Positions 1 through 11,647 of a stretch of DNA of 64,000 nucleotides are shown here, in pieces. The DNA is from Vitrella brassicaformis CCMP3155 (taxonomy: Eukaryota; Protista; Chromerida): assembly GCA_001179505.1 (NCBI GenBank), contig CDMY01000239.1:1-64000 (forward strand), in the 5' to 3' direction. The notes beneath the pieces were generated by a model. The model saw only the letters and a list, made by a program, of their open reading frames with translations, made no database searches and was not told where the DNA came from. Position numbers and translations under genes: made by a program. Every line of letters begins with the position of its first letter. Position 1 is the first letter of the stretch.

Positions 1-1283
1 TTGTGAAGGTACATCATCACTTTGACGCATCGCAGCCGCCCCGAATCGTCCGGCAAGATCGTACATGGCTGATCCAGCTGCCATTCGCCCACACAGTCGC
101 TCTTGACGGGGGGAGGAGGGGGTATGGACGACAAGGGAGGAGGCGGGGCACCCACTGCACAGAGCAATCAGTAAATCGACCAAATAAATCCAGGCAGGCA
201 CCCAGAAAGAAAGACAGGCAACAGACAGACAGACAGACAGACAACAGTAGTGAGTGAGTGAGTGAATGCATGGCATGGTTGGCATCCTCCTTCGTCCCAC
301 AACCGTGGATATATAAATCAATCAATGTGCCTACTTCAACAGACAGGGTACGGTATGTACCTGGTGGACACTCCTTGTCACTGCATTCTTGTGTCTCTGT
401 AGCGCCGTGGGCTTTCTCGCATGGCCTCGCCTTGCTGCCGATCGGCTCTTGCTCGTGCACATACATCATAGTACGCACGCACTGCTGGTCGCCTTCGCGG
501 TGGTGGCAGGCCTGCTCAACGCACCACTGCCCGCGACAGTCGACTGTTGTCTCAGGCAGTGGTGGCAGCGGATGAGCGGCGGGAGGGGGCAGCGGCAGTT
601 TGGCCTCTTTTCTGCCGCACTCGGTCTCCTCGCATTCCCTGGTTTCCCTCGCGCCATGTTCCCTCTCACATGGTTGGCCCCCTCCAACCTTGGAGCGCTT
701 GTGAAGGTACATCATCACTTTGACGCATCGCAGCCGCCCCGAATCGTCCGGCAAGATCGTACATGGCTGATCCAGCTGCCATTCGCCCACACAGTCGCTC
801 TTGACGGGGGGAGGAGGGGGTATGGACGACAAGGGAGGAGGCGGGGCACCCACTGCACAGAGCAATCAGTAAATCGACCAAATAAATCCAGGCAGGCACC
901 CAGAAAGAAAGACAGGCAACAGACAGACAGACAGACAGACAACAGTAGTGAGTGAGTGCATGGCATGGTTGGCATCCTTTTTCGTCCCATAACCGTGGAT
1001 ATATAAATCAATCAATGTGCTTACTTCAACAGACAGGGTACGGTACGTACCTGGTGGACACTCCTTGTCACTGCATTCTTGTGTCTCTGTAGCGCCGTGG
1101 GCTTTCTCGCATGGCCTCGCCTTGCTGCCGATCGGCTCTTGCTCGTGCACATACATCATAGTACGCACGCACTGCTGGTCGCCTTCGCGGTGGTGGCAGG
1201 CCTGCTCAACGCACCACTGCCCGCGACAGTCGACTGTTGTCTCAGGCAGTGGTGGCAGCGGATGAGCGGCGGGAGGGGGCAGC
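1..1283. repeat. Near-identical 698-bp tandem duplication inside the TSP-repeat gene; the unit is two TSP-like modules plus one intron
   Basis: ttgtgaaggtacatcatcac occurs at 1 and 699. The copies differ by only a few bases, mostly intronic, and the array runs into the N gap. Confidence 0.95.
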
Positions 1284-4194
1284 NNNNNNNNNNNNNNNNN
1301 NNNNNNNNNNNNNNNNNNNNNNNNNNNNNNNNNNNNNNNNNNNNNNNNNNNNNNNNNNNNNNNNNNNNNNNNNNNNNNNNNNNNNNNNNNNNNNNNNNNN
1401 NNNNNNNNNNNNNNNNNNNNNNNNNNNNNNNNNNNNNNNNNNNNNNNNNNNNNNNNNNNNNNNNNNNNNNNNNNNNNNNNNNNNNNNNNNNNNNNNNNNN
1501 NNNNNNNNNNNNNNNNNNNNNNNNNNNNNNNNNNNNNNNNNNNNNNNNNNNNNNNNNNNNNNNNNNNNNNNNNNNNNNNNNNNGGTTTCCGTCGGCCGAC
1601 GGCGCCTCAGCCACACACTCGGGATCAGGCCTGGGTGGTTGCAGTAGTGTCTCGGTCTTGAGCCGCACATGTTTGCCGTGTTGAAGCACCTTGTTGTCTT
1701 GATCCACGCACTCCTGCCCGCCATTCTGTGCCGGCTGGATCACGCGAAAGACGAACACCTTTTGGCACTCTGGATCACAGTACTGCAATTCTGGCGGCCA
1801 CTCGCCCTTGCAGTCGACTGGCGTAGGCTTCATTGTCTCTTCAGGAGGCGGAGTGACGGCTTGACATCGCAGAGAGTCACAAGGGATCTTCTTTACGCTG
1901 CCAATCGCCTCGACATCTTTACATTGAACTCCGTAGGGGTTGGCCTCGGCGACCTTGACCAACTCCACCTCCTTCACACACTTGCTTGCTGTCGCTGCCT
2001 CGTCCAGGTGACAGACAGCTCGGTCGGTGTTCTTGGACGGCTGCCACGCCAATTTGCAGTCCAAGATTACACAGCCATCAAGCCCTCGGTTTCCGTCGGC
2101 CGACGGCGCCTCAGCCACACACTCGGGATCAGGCCTGGGTGGTTGCAGTAGTGTCTCGGTCTTGAGCCGCACATGTTTGCCGTGTTGAAGCACCTTGTTG
2201 TCCCGATCCACGCACTCCTGCCCGCCATTCTCTGCCGGCTGGATCACGCGAAAGACGAACATCTTTTGGCACTCTGGGTCACAGTACTGTAATTCTGGCG
2301 GCCATTCGCCCTTGCAGTCGACTGGCGCAGGCTTTGAAAATTTCTGGCGAGCACGTCTAGCAGTTGATTGATTTTGTGAAGAACCTTTAGCAGGGGCAGC
2401 ACTTGGCGGGCTCGGTTGTCGTTCTACCCTCTCCAACGCCTTTGCTGTCTGGCATTTTCCCTCGCCTTTGTCGCATTTGCCTCCCTTGACTTTGACCCTT
2501 TGTCCATCCAGGTATTTACAAAGCCTTCCTCCTTTTGCAACAGATCTTACTCGAAAGATCGCATCTAAATCAGAGACACGGTCCCGAGAAATTACATGTT
2601 TGACTGCTTTCTTACATTTTTTGCAGTATTCCAAACATTTTGGTCGCTCGAACTCCCCTTTGCAGTCGACTTAACGAACACACCTAAACGAGATCTCGAG
2701 TCGATTTCATTGATATTTCATCTGCTGATCACCTGGCTCGATGCATTGTGGGCCGACGAAGCTGTCAAAAGCGAAAAGTTGAATGAACCCCTTGTTGCAA
2801 TTACAAGACCACTGCGAGCAGTCTTGTAGGAGATCCTTCCCCTTCCCTCCCTTGCACTTGCATGTTCCCGCCCCGACACAGAGAGGGTCGCACGGGTTCA
2901 CGTCGCTCAATGGCGCTTTGCTGAATGGTCTTTCGGTAGAGCATCTGTTCTGGAGCCCTTTGTAAACTAGGCACTCAGGTTTTCCGTCTACAAGCAAATA
3001 AAGAGTAAGACAAATCACACCGTAAGCGTCTTCTTACTTGTATACAAGTAGGGATTCAGGAAGAGACGCCTGTTAGACAAATGGAAGGGGAAGCAAGGTA
3101 AGTGGCACATGTATAGCAATTCACCTGGCCAAATCTTCAATCTCATCGCGTGTATAGATTTTGCCTCCCTTAAGTTTCGATCCGTTGCTAACAATCTTGT
3201 CATTCTCGTGGTACACCAGGCCTGGATAATGCTCACTCGCTCCTCTTTTTGCCTTGTTCCATATGACTTTGTCATATCTTGAATTGAATGCCGATTGCAA
3301 ACTCAAAAGGAAAGTCGAAAATTCCTCGGACGTCGAAGTTCGAGAAAAGTTCTCCATGTACTGCTCTCTGTCGAATGCATCTTTCTTCTTGAAGTCCTCA
3401 ATCATCCTGTCGTACTTCTGTACACTCTCGGCGTCCTTCATATTTCCCTTTTTTCCTTTGATTGCTGCAAGAGAGCCTTTTCCAGTCATTATCGTCAGCG
3501 CTGAGAACATCTTGCTTCTTCCGCCTTCTTCGAGGACACTGCCTGAGTTGATATCATCGAGACTCAGCTCGGGGACGTCCTTGGTGGGGATTGCATCGTC
3601 ATCTTTTCCTTGGCTCTGCTTGCTCGTTTTCTTATCAATCCCCTGTCTCTGACTCATCTCCTGTGCCTTGTTGGTTTTTTTGGCGTGTCCCTGACCTCGC
3701 TGAGTTCGGGCTGGCTCACGAGAGATCTGCGGGACACACGCACACGAGACACGAAGGGACGGGACAAAGACGCAAGGAAGGAAACGCGTGTAGAAAACCA
3801 GGAACGTCTTGTCTCGCCTATCCCTTCTCACTTCGGTGGCGGAGGGATGCTTCTGTGACGGCGAAGGCTGTCTTGCCCCAGTCGGAGGAGGAGGCTGCTT
3901 TTGCCGCACTTGAGGGAAGGCGTGCTCAGCGCGTCTGCGAAGGCTGCTTTGCAATTGTGCAGGATGTGCATGTACATCAACCCGAGCGACGTAAGAGGGC
4001 GCGAGGAGGCCGTAGAAGCCGTACGACGGCCAAGCTGGACGATAGGCCACCGTGACGCTTCCATTTGGAAAGAACGGATAGTAGAATAGCGGCGGTTGCC
4101 TTGCATTGTACCAAAGGTAGTATGGCGCTGAGGGCCGTGCACCACCGGGTGCCTGAACGGGAAAATCGACGAAGAAGGCCAGAAGAAGCAGCAT
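1..4194 (-). CDS. Large secreted multi-exon protein: signal peptide, EGF-like module, and at least 8 Cys-rich TSP1/spondin-like modules separated by Pro-rich linkers (adhesin-like); 3' end lies beyond the window
   Basis: ATG at 4194 gives MLLLLAFFVDFPVQA (signal-like). The exon at ~2730-2990 encodes CDPLCVGAGTCKCKGG..CSQWSCNCNKGF..GPQCIEP (EGF-like). Modules starting [V/L/S]DCxG[E/Q]W, with GGxxC and a terminal C, recur at ~2670, 2325, 2064, 1820, 1235, 800, 545 and 100. GT-AG introns keep the frame, e.g. 360-155. Confidence 0.75.
1284..1583. other. Assembly gap (300 N)
   Basis: Run of N between two tandem arrays. Confidence 1.
1584..2333. repeat. Exonic duplication with a 504-bp period (168 codons) in the TSP-repeat gene
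   Basis: ggtttccgtcggccgacggcgcctcagcc occurs at 1584 and 2088. The peptide VDCKGEWPPELQYCDPECQK..PECVAEAPSADGN appears twice in ORF 1156..2634. Confidence 0.95.
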
Positions 4195-4362
4195 GGGGCA
4201 TGATTAATCGTCCCGGAAAACCGTTCCGTTTGCAAGCTCGCATAGGAGAAGACCCCCGCGAACGCATCGCACGCATCGCAACACTGAAGGTCAGTGACGC
4301 GAAGGACCAGCTAACGTCGTGTCGCATTGGCGTGCCTGTGTTCTTACAGCGCAGCGCGATAC

Positions 4363-7300
4363 ATGGAGACAAGCGCACCACAGGCTGCAATCAGGAGCGA
4401 TGATGAAGATCCTCGTGCGTCATGGCACGCCCATGGAGATCCCCCCTGCTGTGCACGACGGTGCCCGAGGAGGAGGCTCAGGCCAGGTGCCGTCATCATG
4501 TGCCTCGCTGCGTGGCTCTTCGGCATTCGACTGGGCGATGCTTTCCGGCACCCAGTACCGAGGCGAAGGGAAAAGCAAACTGCTGGATCAAAGAGGTCGG
4601 GACGGGGCAACGCAACGCAAGCAGCGTCACGAGTGCTAGTGGTTCATGGCATTTCTGTTCTCAGAACCGACTCGAGGTCTCGGCGCTGGCTCAAGATGAC
4701 TGGCGCTGTCGCAGAGCTTCCATGCGCCACAGCTGAAGAGCAGTCTTTGTCTGCCACATCTTCGTCCTCCAGCGGAAAAAATTGGTCTCCTTCATCCCTT
4801 GCTGTCGGCCATGATGATACAGCTGACACACCTGTCTACCAGTGGGAGGACGGCCCTCAGGGGTATTTTCTCCGCAAAGTGCGACGGAAACGAGGGCAGG
4901 GAGAGACGCACGAGGATAAGGGGCCTTTTAGGGCTGGCCTCTCCGGCACGGCGACATATCCTTCATCTCAGCTGGATGACCTGAGCATCTCTCTAGACCT
5001 GCTGGCTCAAGACCTGGATCCATTCAGCGATGCCACTAGTCTTGTGGCGGCAGCGGAGAAGCCAACGAAGACGCCTTCGTCTCCATCTCTGAGGGAAGCA
5101 CAGCCGACACCTGACAGAGAGACCGCATTGGCCAACCGGTCAGCCTCCTTGTCTCCCGCCCTCATCGAGCTTCATCACGTGGCCAAGCCGCCCGTCCCCT
5201 CCGCCCCCCTGGACGCCCCTCTCGCTCCCCCCTTGTCTGGCCCCATCCGCCCCCCTGCATTCACGCAATCCCTCCCTAAGCTAGGGAGCAGCTCAGCCAA
5301 GGGCGAGACTGCAGCTGCGCCGTCGCCACTGACCATCCAGCAACAGCAAACGTCGCTCAAGACGACAACGGACACCCTGAGTGGCGGGGGGCTGGCTGTC
5401 GATCTGAGAGACACGGTGCTGCAGGAGGAGCTCAAGGGTCGACTGGGGGCGGTGCTTGGCTTTCCTAGCCCGGATAGTGGGGAGTATGAGGTTGATTTGA
5501 TCGGCGAGGAGGAGTGGGGCTGGTGGTGGAAGCGCATGGAGAAGAAGGTGGGCAGCTACTTCAGCGACGAACAGGTTGACAAACTCAAAACGGCTCTCAA
5601 GGTACGTACAGCACAAGGCTGACAGCTAACACCCACCACAAGCAAACACGGCTCCCTGTTTGTTGTTTTGTGTGTCGATCAGTTTTCTCTGAACGTCCAT
5701 TATGCGGCCGCCCTGCAGCTCGAGGCTCACCTGGGCTCCTTCACTCCGTTCCCATCTTCTCTCTTTGCAGAGGGCAGCAGTGAGTGGCAGAGCGGCGACG
5801 GCCTTCTTGGCTCACAGCTGCAGCGCCTCTCGCCACCTCTCATCCCGCCATGCATGAGAGGCTTCAACAGGACAGCACAGGCCAAGACGCCAGCAGCTGG
5901 TCATGTGGGAAAGGGGCTTCTGGCGCCGTGCCCGAGCGGCAGGCCACCGGTGGAGCTGTTCGGGTGGCTGACGGGGCTCGTCGAGAAAGCTTCCTTCCTC
6001 GCTGACTTCCGGCAGGATGACACGACCATTATTGCGTCCATACTCAGGAGTACGGTGGAGAACGTGCAGCTCGATATGGACAGGGTAAAGAAGGAGAGAG
6101 AGCGCACGGGTGGGGTGGACAGACAGCACAGCACAGCACAGCACATGAATGCATTCTGGCCTTGGCCTGTGCATGCAGATCGAGCGTGTTTTTGGAGTGG
6201 CGATGCGTCGTTTGGTGGAGAGCACCCTCCAGCTTGCTGTTTGGCCCAGCTTGTATCAGCAACAAACGGCTGCTGACCTCTCAGCCTTTGCTGCGATGCG
6301 GCAGACATCCCCTCTGGCTGCGTCTGAGACGAGCGGAGGCGTCAAGAGTGTCGAGGAAGAGAGCGAGCAGCAGCCGGACGCACTCAAGAAGCTTTGCAAG
6401 AGGAGACAAGAGCAGGTACCTCATGGCACCATGACGAGACGAAGGAGCCAGCTCTTTTGACTGGTGGATGTTTCGTTCTGTCTCTGTGATAAACGTCTTT
6501 CAGTTGGATACGGTTCAGTGTGGCATGATAGGCTTCAGCGAGGACCCCCGAGCTCTCGTTGTACAAGCTGCTGACTCCCTGTATCAGCTGCAGAACGAAA
6601 AGGTCAGCCAGGACACATCAATGCCCTTTGCCAGGAGTCGCTATCGACGGTTTCTCTCCCGTGTGTTCTGTCAGGCCGTCGAGCAGCGGCGTGCTCTTGC
6701 GCAGACAATCCTGGACATCTTCTCACCGATGGCGCACACGTTTCTGGGCGTCTACGACCTCAAGTGTGCCCTCGAGGACACCGCCTTTGCCGTGCTCTAT
6801 CCAGAGGAGTACAAGAGGCTCTCCACAATGGTGCGACGCAAGGAGAGGTTTTTCCAGAAGGTAGACTGACATGAATGATGGAATGCACGAGTCTTCACGC
6901 CCCTACATCGTCGGCCGATGGATCAGACATTTGTCGAGACGAAGCGTCACCTAGAGTCCGTCTTAGCTCGCGAGTTGCCCCAGTACGGCGTCAAGTGGTC
7001 GATAAGTTGGCGAAGGAAGGGCCTCTATTCGTTGTGGCAGAAGCTGCAGAGAAGACGCAAGCTCATGGGCGAGCAAGGCAGCGGTCTTCGGAATAAGGAT
7101 GTGGCGCATCCCAGCCACATAGAGGATTTAGTGGCGTTCAGAATTGTCCTCACCCGCAACGATTCATCTGACGCTCACAAGTAAGGCGAAGGCGAGGCCA
7201 CACTCTAAAAGAGAGTGCACTGGTCCTTCCCTCGACCGTCTGTCTGTCTGTCTGTCCGTGTCAGTGAGATTGCCGTCTCTGACGCATGGCGTCGCGATGG

Positions 7301-10300
7301 GTCGGCGCTGTGTTATCACGTGCTGGGGCTGGTGCAGAAGCTCGAGGGAAATGAGCCGACCAACGCCACCAAAGAATTCAAAGTAAGTTGCTTGAATGCC
7401 ACCCCGCACGTCACTGGATGGCATTTGTGCAACGTATTCACCCCGCGCTTTTCAGGCTCTTGATGCTCCTCGCTTATCGTACGACCAGTTCCGCGAGGGA
7501 CTGCAACGCAACAACATACGATTGCCGGAACAAGAAGTGAGGAGAAACGCCGCGCACCGAGTCCCCCTGGGACGGATCGTCACTGCACTTGTTGCCCTTT
7601 TTGTCGTTGGCCAGATTCGTTCACTCCACAGTGGATGGGTGAAGGATTACATCAGTTTCCCCAAGTACAACGGGTATCAGTCACTGCACACCGTCATCAA
7701 ACGAGAGGGACTGATAGAAGTGCAGGTACGCACGGCAGAGACCAACGAGACGGCACGTGTGAGTGTGCGTCGCACTCACCGACCGGCTTCCTCTGTGCCT
7801 TGGGGCAGGTCCGTACCGACTGGATGCATCGAATGGCTGAGCACGGCCCGGCTGCTCACTGGGGCTACAAGACGCTCAGCACAAAGCTCACATCAGACCC
7901 GGAGCAACCAATCAACGGCCTTGGCTCCCCCTCCGTCCTCCCTCTCCACTCATACCGTCTTGAGAGCCTCCGCAGATTTGTCAAGGATTGGCGACAGCAG
8001 CAACAGCGGCAGCGAGAGACGGGCAAGAAGCCCCCCGGTGTGAAGGACCCGCGCGAGGTTGGCATGGCGAGCTGCTTCAGAGATGTCGGCCACTTCTATG
8101 ACGCCTTCAAGAAAGAGGTGGGCGACCAGCCTGGCATCACAATGACACCACTCCTCACACTCTGATGTGCTGTCTGTCTGTCTGTGGTTCTTCACTCATT
8201 GCGACTATGGTTGCAGTTTTGCAGTAAGCGGGTGTTCTGGTTCGACAAGGACTTCGGGCCGATGAGTTTGCCACAGGGATCCACGGTCGTCGACGCGGCG
8301 TGTGACATCCACGACGACGTGATGCTCCACATGACGGGCGCCCTGGTCAACGGACACAGGGTCAAGCCGACCTACGAGCTACAGCACTTCGACCACGTCG
8401 AGATCATCACCCACCCCGACGCCATGCCCTCTCCACAGTGGCTCAAGTGCGCCAACAGGCCGTCGACCAAGCGGACGCTGCGAGATTTCTTCAAGAAGGA
8501 GGCAGCAACCGAGGGTCGCGTCATGTCTCTGGCCTACCTCGAGAATGACACACTTGGCAGTGCACCGTTCGGCCAGGTGCACTTGGCGGAGGACAGCGAC
8601 AGCGGCGCGTCTGCCTCGTGGATGCCCCACTGGTCGGACGTGGGTCTGCTGGTCGGCGCCCGCATGCACACAGAGGACCTCAAGGCTCTGGCGCAAGTGA
8701 GGGGAGAAGAAGCGACTGAAGAGGCATCCACAGCCACCAATTCGCGGCCTGCCCGCCCACTTGCCAGCGACCACCCCCAGCCCTCTTCTCAGCACGTGTC
8801 AGTCATCCAGAGCGACTCCCAGCTGCTGGAGAGCGAGGTGCTCAGGAGCAGAGGGGACGGCAAGAGGAAGAAGGACAGCGAGAGCGATGACAAGGAGAAG
8901 AGCCAGCTGGTGGTGGATGCACTCATGCAGGAGCTCATCGCTGCCAAGACTAAGTACGACTCTCTGGAAGATTTTTACGCGGATGCTGCCCAGCGGCTGT
9001 GCTCCAACCCGTCATGTAACGTGCTGGGCTGCGAGGCGACACGCAACGACAGCCAGAGCGAGGCTTCTGCTGCGCTTGCGGTGCCCCCCAAGTACTGCAC
9101 CAAGGAGGTGGATGACACACTTGCGGCCATGTTCAACCTGCAACACCAGGTAGGTACCTACACATACAGATGCCATGGAGGGAGGGACATGCAAGCCATT
9201 CATGCTAGCCAAACCTGATGTGCTATGCGATCTCCTCCTGTCCGTGTGTATATGTGTGATGCAGGGAGTCATGACGGTCGTGAATGGCGCGTCTGTGCCG
9301 GAGACCTTCCCTCGTGACGTCGGCGACGAGGACCGATTCGTCATCGTTCACCCGCGTGACGCCAGGCTGCCGTTCTGGGAAGGAGGGGACACAGGCGCTG
9401 ATCCACGCGACGCCGTTCCCCGCTCTGCCAGTGACGTACAAGAGGTGTGGCAAGTGGATGGCTTTCTGGCCGAGACAGCCAAGTCCTTCCGTGACGAGAC
9501 CTCTGCTGCTCTGAGTGCGGATGCCGGCGCGGCCCAGGACGACGGGGGAGAGGACGGAGAAGCGGCTCCGAAGCTGTCCAAGAAGAGGGCGCAGCGGATA
9601 CAGCTGGGCCGCTGGCTTGTGCGTGACGCACTGGCGCGGCTGGACACCATCACTGGTCAGAACATCACCGTCACGATGGGCCGGTACATCCGCGCATCGC
9701 GACTGCCGGCCGCCACCAGCGAGCTCCTCAAATCCTTCCAACTCGACCTAGCGCGGCGCAGCCTGTCGGCCCTCAACCGGTACCTGGACCAGTTCCCGCA
9801 GTGGGTCCGTCACCGGCTGCAGACCATCCCGGGTGGACAGTCGACCGCCAGCATGCCGTCGCCCATCAGCTTTCCGACCCTGCGAGACCTGTTCATCCTT
9901 TTCAGGGACGTCCAGTCCCTGCGGCAGAAGGAGGCACAATGGGGAGGCAAGGAGGCGGAGTGTCCGTCGCTAGGGTCCATCATTGAGGGCATCTACGCGC
10001 CACTCAGGAGGCCGTCCAAACTCAAGACGGCCAAGGTCTTCACGGCTGCCAACGAGACGGAAACCTCAACCCCAGTCGGTGCCCCTGCCTCACAGCCGGG
10101 CGACGCCATTGTGAGGCGGCAGAGGAGACGGAAGGCCCGTCCGCACGGGCTGCTCAAGGACAAGCTGCACCAGGAGCTGGGCCTGAAGAGACACAGCAAG
10201 CAGCGGCGGAAGGAGGTGGGCAAGATTGACGTGGGTGTCGACGGCCAGTTGTCGCTGTGGTCCCCCTCCATGGAGATGCAGCAGCAGGACCACCAGCAGG

Positions 10301-10461
10301 GTGGTCCATTCCCGTCCTCGGCTTCTGTGTACCGGGACGTCACGGGAAGCCGCAGGCAGTTTGTCGAGAAGGCCTTGCAGGAGATCTTCGCCGGCAGTCA
10401 GTCCGAGCAGGAGCCGCCGGCCATGACGCGGAAGGAAAAGAGGGTACCAGTGGGCGTCTGA
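4363..10461 (+). CDS. RSH: RelA/SpoT homolog ((p)ppGpp synthetase), probably plastid-targeted; degenerate HD domain, intact synthetase motifs, TGS domain, long C-terminal extension
   Basis: Spliced translation gives RRKGLYSLWQKL (~7010-7045), IEDLVAFRIV (~7120-7148), KDYISFPKYNGYQSLHT (~7642-7692), IEVQ|VRTDWMHRMAEHGPAAHWGYK (~7715-7871) and TGS-like SLPQGSTVVDAACDIH..ALVNGHRV..LQHFDHVEIIT (~8265-8410). The N-terminus has a hydrophobic stretch followed by DA|F (MCLAAWLFGIRLGDAFR; alternative ATG at 4498). Stop at 10459-10461. Confidence 0.9.
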
Positions 10462-10559
10462 TGCCACCGGTCGGTCGTTCGGTCTGTGTTGGTGTGGGCA
10501 ATACATACACGTGTGCATTGGTACTACTCTGGTGGTTTGGCGGAATGCAGTGGCTGTGG

Positions 10560-11612
10560 CTGACAGACAGGGATGGGGTGGGGTGGGACGGTCTGGGAAG
10601 GGGTCAGTCAGTGAGGCGTATTGATAGGGCGGATAGGGTACACGAGAGAGGACTGATAGATAGATAGATAGACAGACAGATAGACAGACAGTCGGGGGGT
10701 CGGGATGGGCTGGGGGCAGTGTGTGTGTATATATACGATTTGGCTTGGCTGGCTCTTGGCTACTGTATAGAGCGCAGGGACGGGACGGACGGACGGGTGG
10801 TTGCGCGAGAGGGGCAGGCAGTGTGTGGTGTGTATAGCCCGCGATATTCTTTTTCCGGTAGGTGCGGCGGCGAGAGAGATGAGTTTCACGCGGGGATGGC
10901 GGTAAGTCTCGGGTTGCTTGCCCTACTGGGCATTGGATTGGCGGCTAGCTATGTAGGTGGGGTGATGCAGACAGACAGACGTGACACGCAGGCAGACGAC
11001 GGGCTCTTTTTGCCTTGCAGACATCCCCAGATGATATAGCCGCAAATGGAATTGATACAGACTGGTCGCCTGATGTGCTGATGGATGTGATGACCCAGCG
11101 AGTGAGTGTGCGTTGCCTGCAGTGTTTTGATTTGTGGCAGTCAGCAGTGAGTGAGTGAGTGAGTGCCCTGTCGTCCTTCTTTCCTTCTTGCTGCCCGTCG
11201 TCCTTCTTTCCTTCTTTCCTTCAATCGATCCCCTTCTTGAATCTCTTCGATGTACTGTACCCCTCCTCGGGGCAGAACCGGCCGCTGGGCGGGTAGATGC
11301 AGCTGGCGTTGCAGTGTTGACAACCTGTCTCCCGCCAGCTGCATCTAGCTACCCGCCCAGCGGCCCGTTCTGCCCCGCCTGTGAGGTAAGAACACTAAAC
11401 GGAGAGACAGTGCTCGCTGCTGCAGCCTGCCCCATGCTGACACAAAAGACACACAGCGAGAGAGAGAGGAGGGGAACTGTGTGTTGTGTGTTGATGCATG
11501 TGGTGGCGGGGCTGCCGGCATGGCATTCACACCCGCGGTCGGGTGTGGGTGGCATTGATGCAGCCTGCCCCATGCTGCACAGCACGCAACACACACAAAT
11601 GGCATGCACACA

Positions 11613-11647
<35 letters not shown>

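Noticed and set aside
3-2151. + strand ORFs antisense to the TSP-repeat gene
   Set aside because: They are shadows of the minus-strand coding repeats, and several are extended artificially through the N gap.
11269-11430. The hairpin element as a tRNA, snRNA or SINE
   Set aside because: There is no cloverleaf, A/B box, Sm site or poly-A tail.
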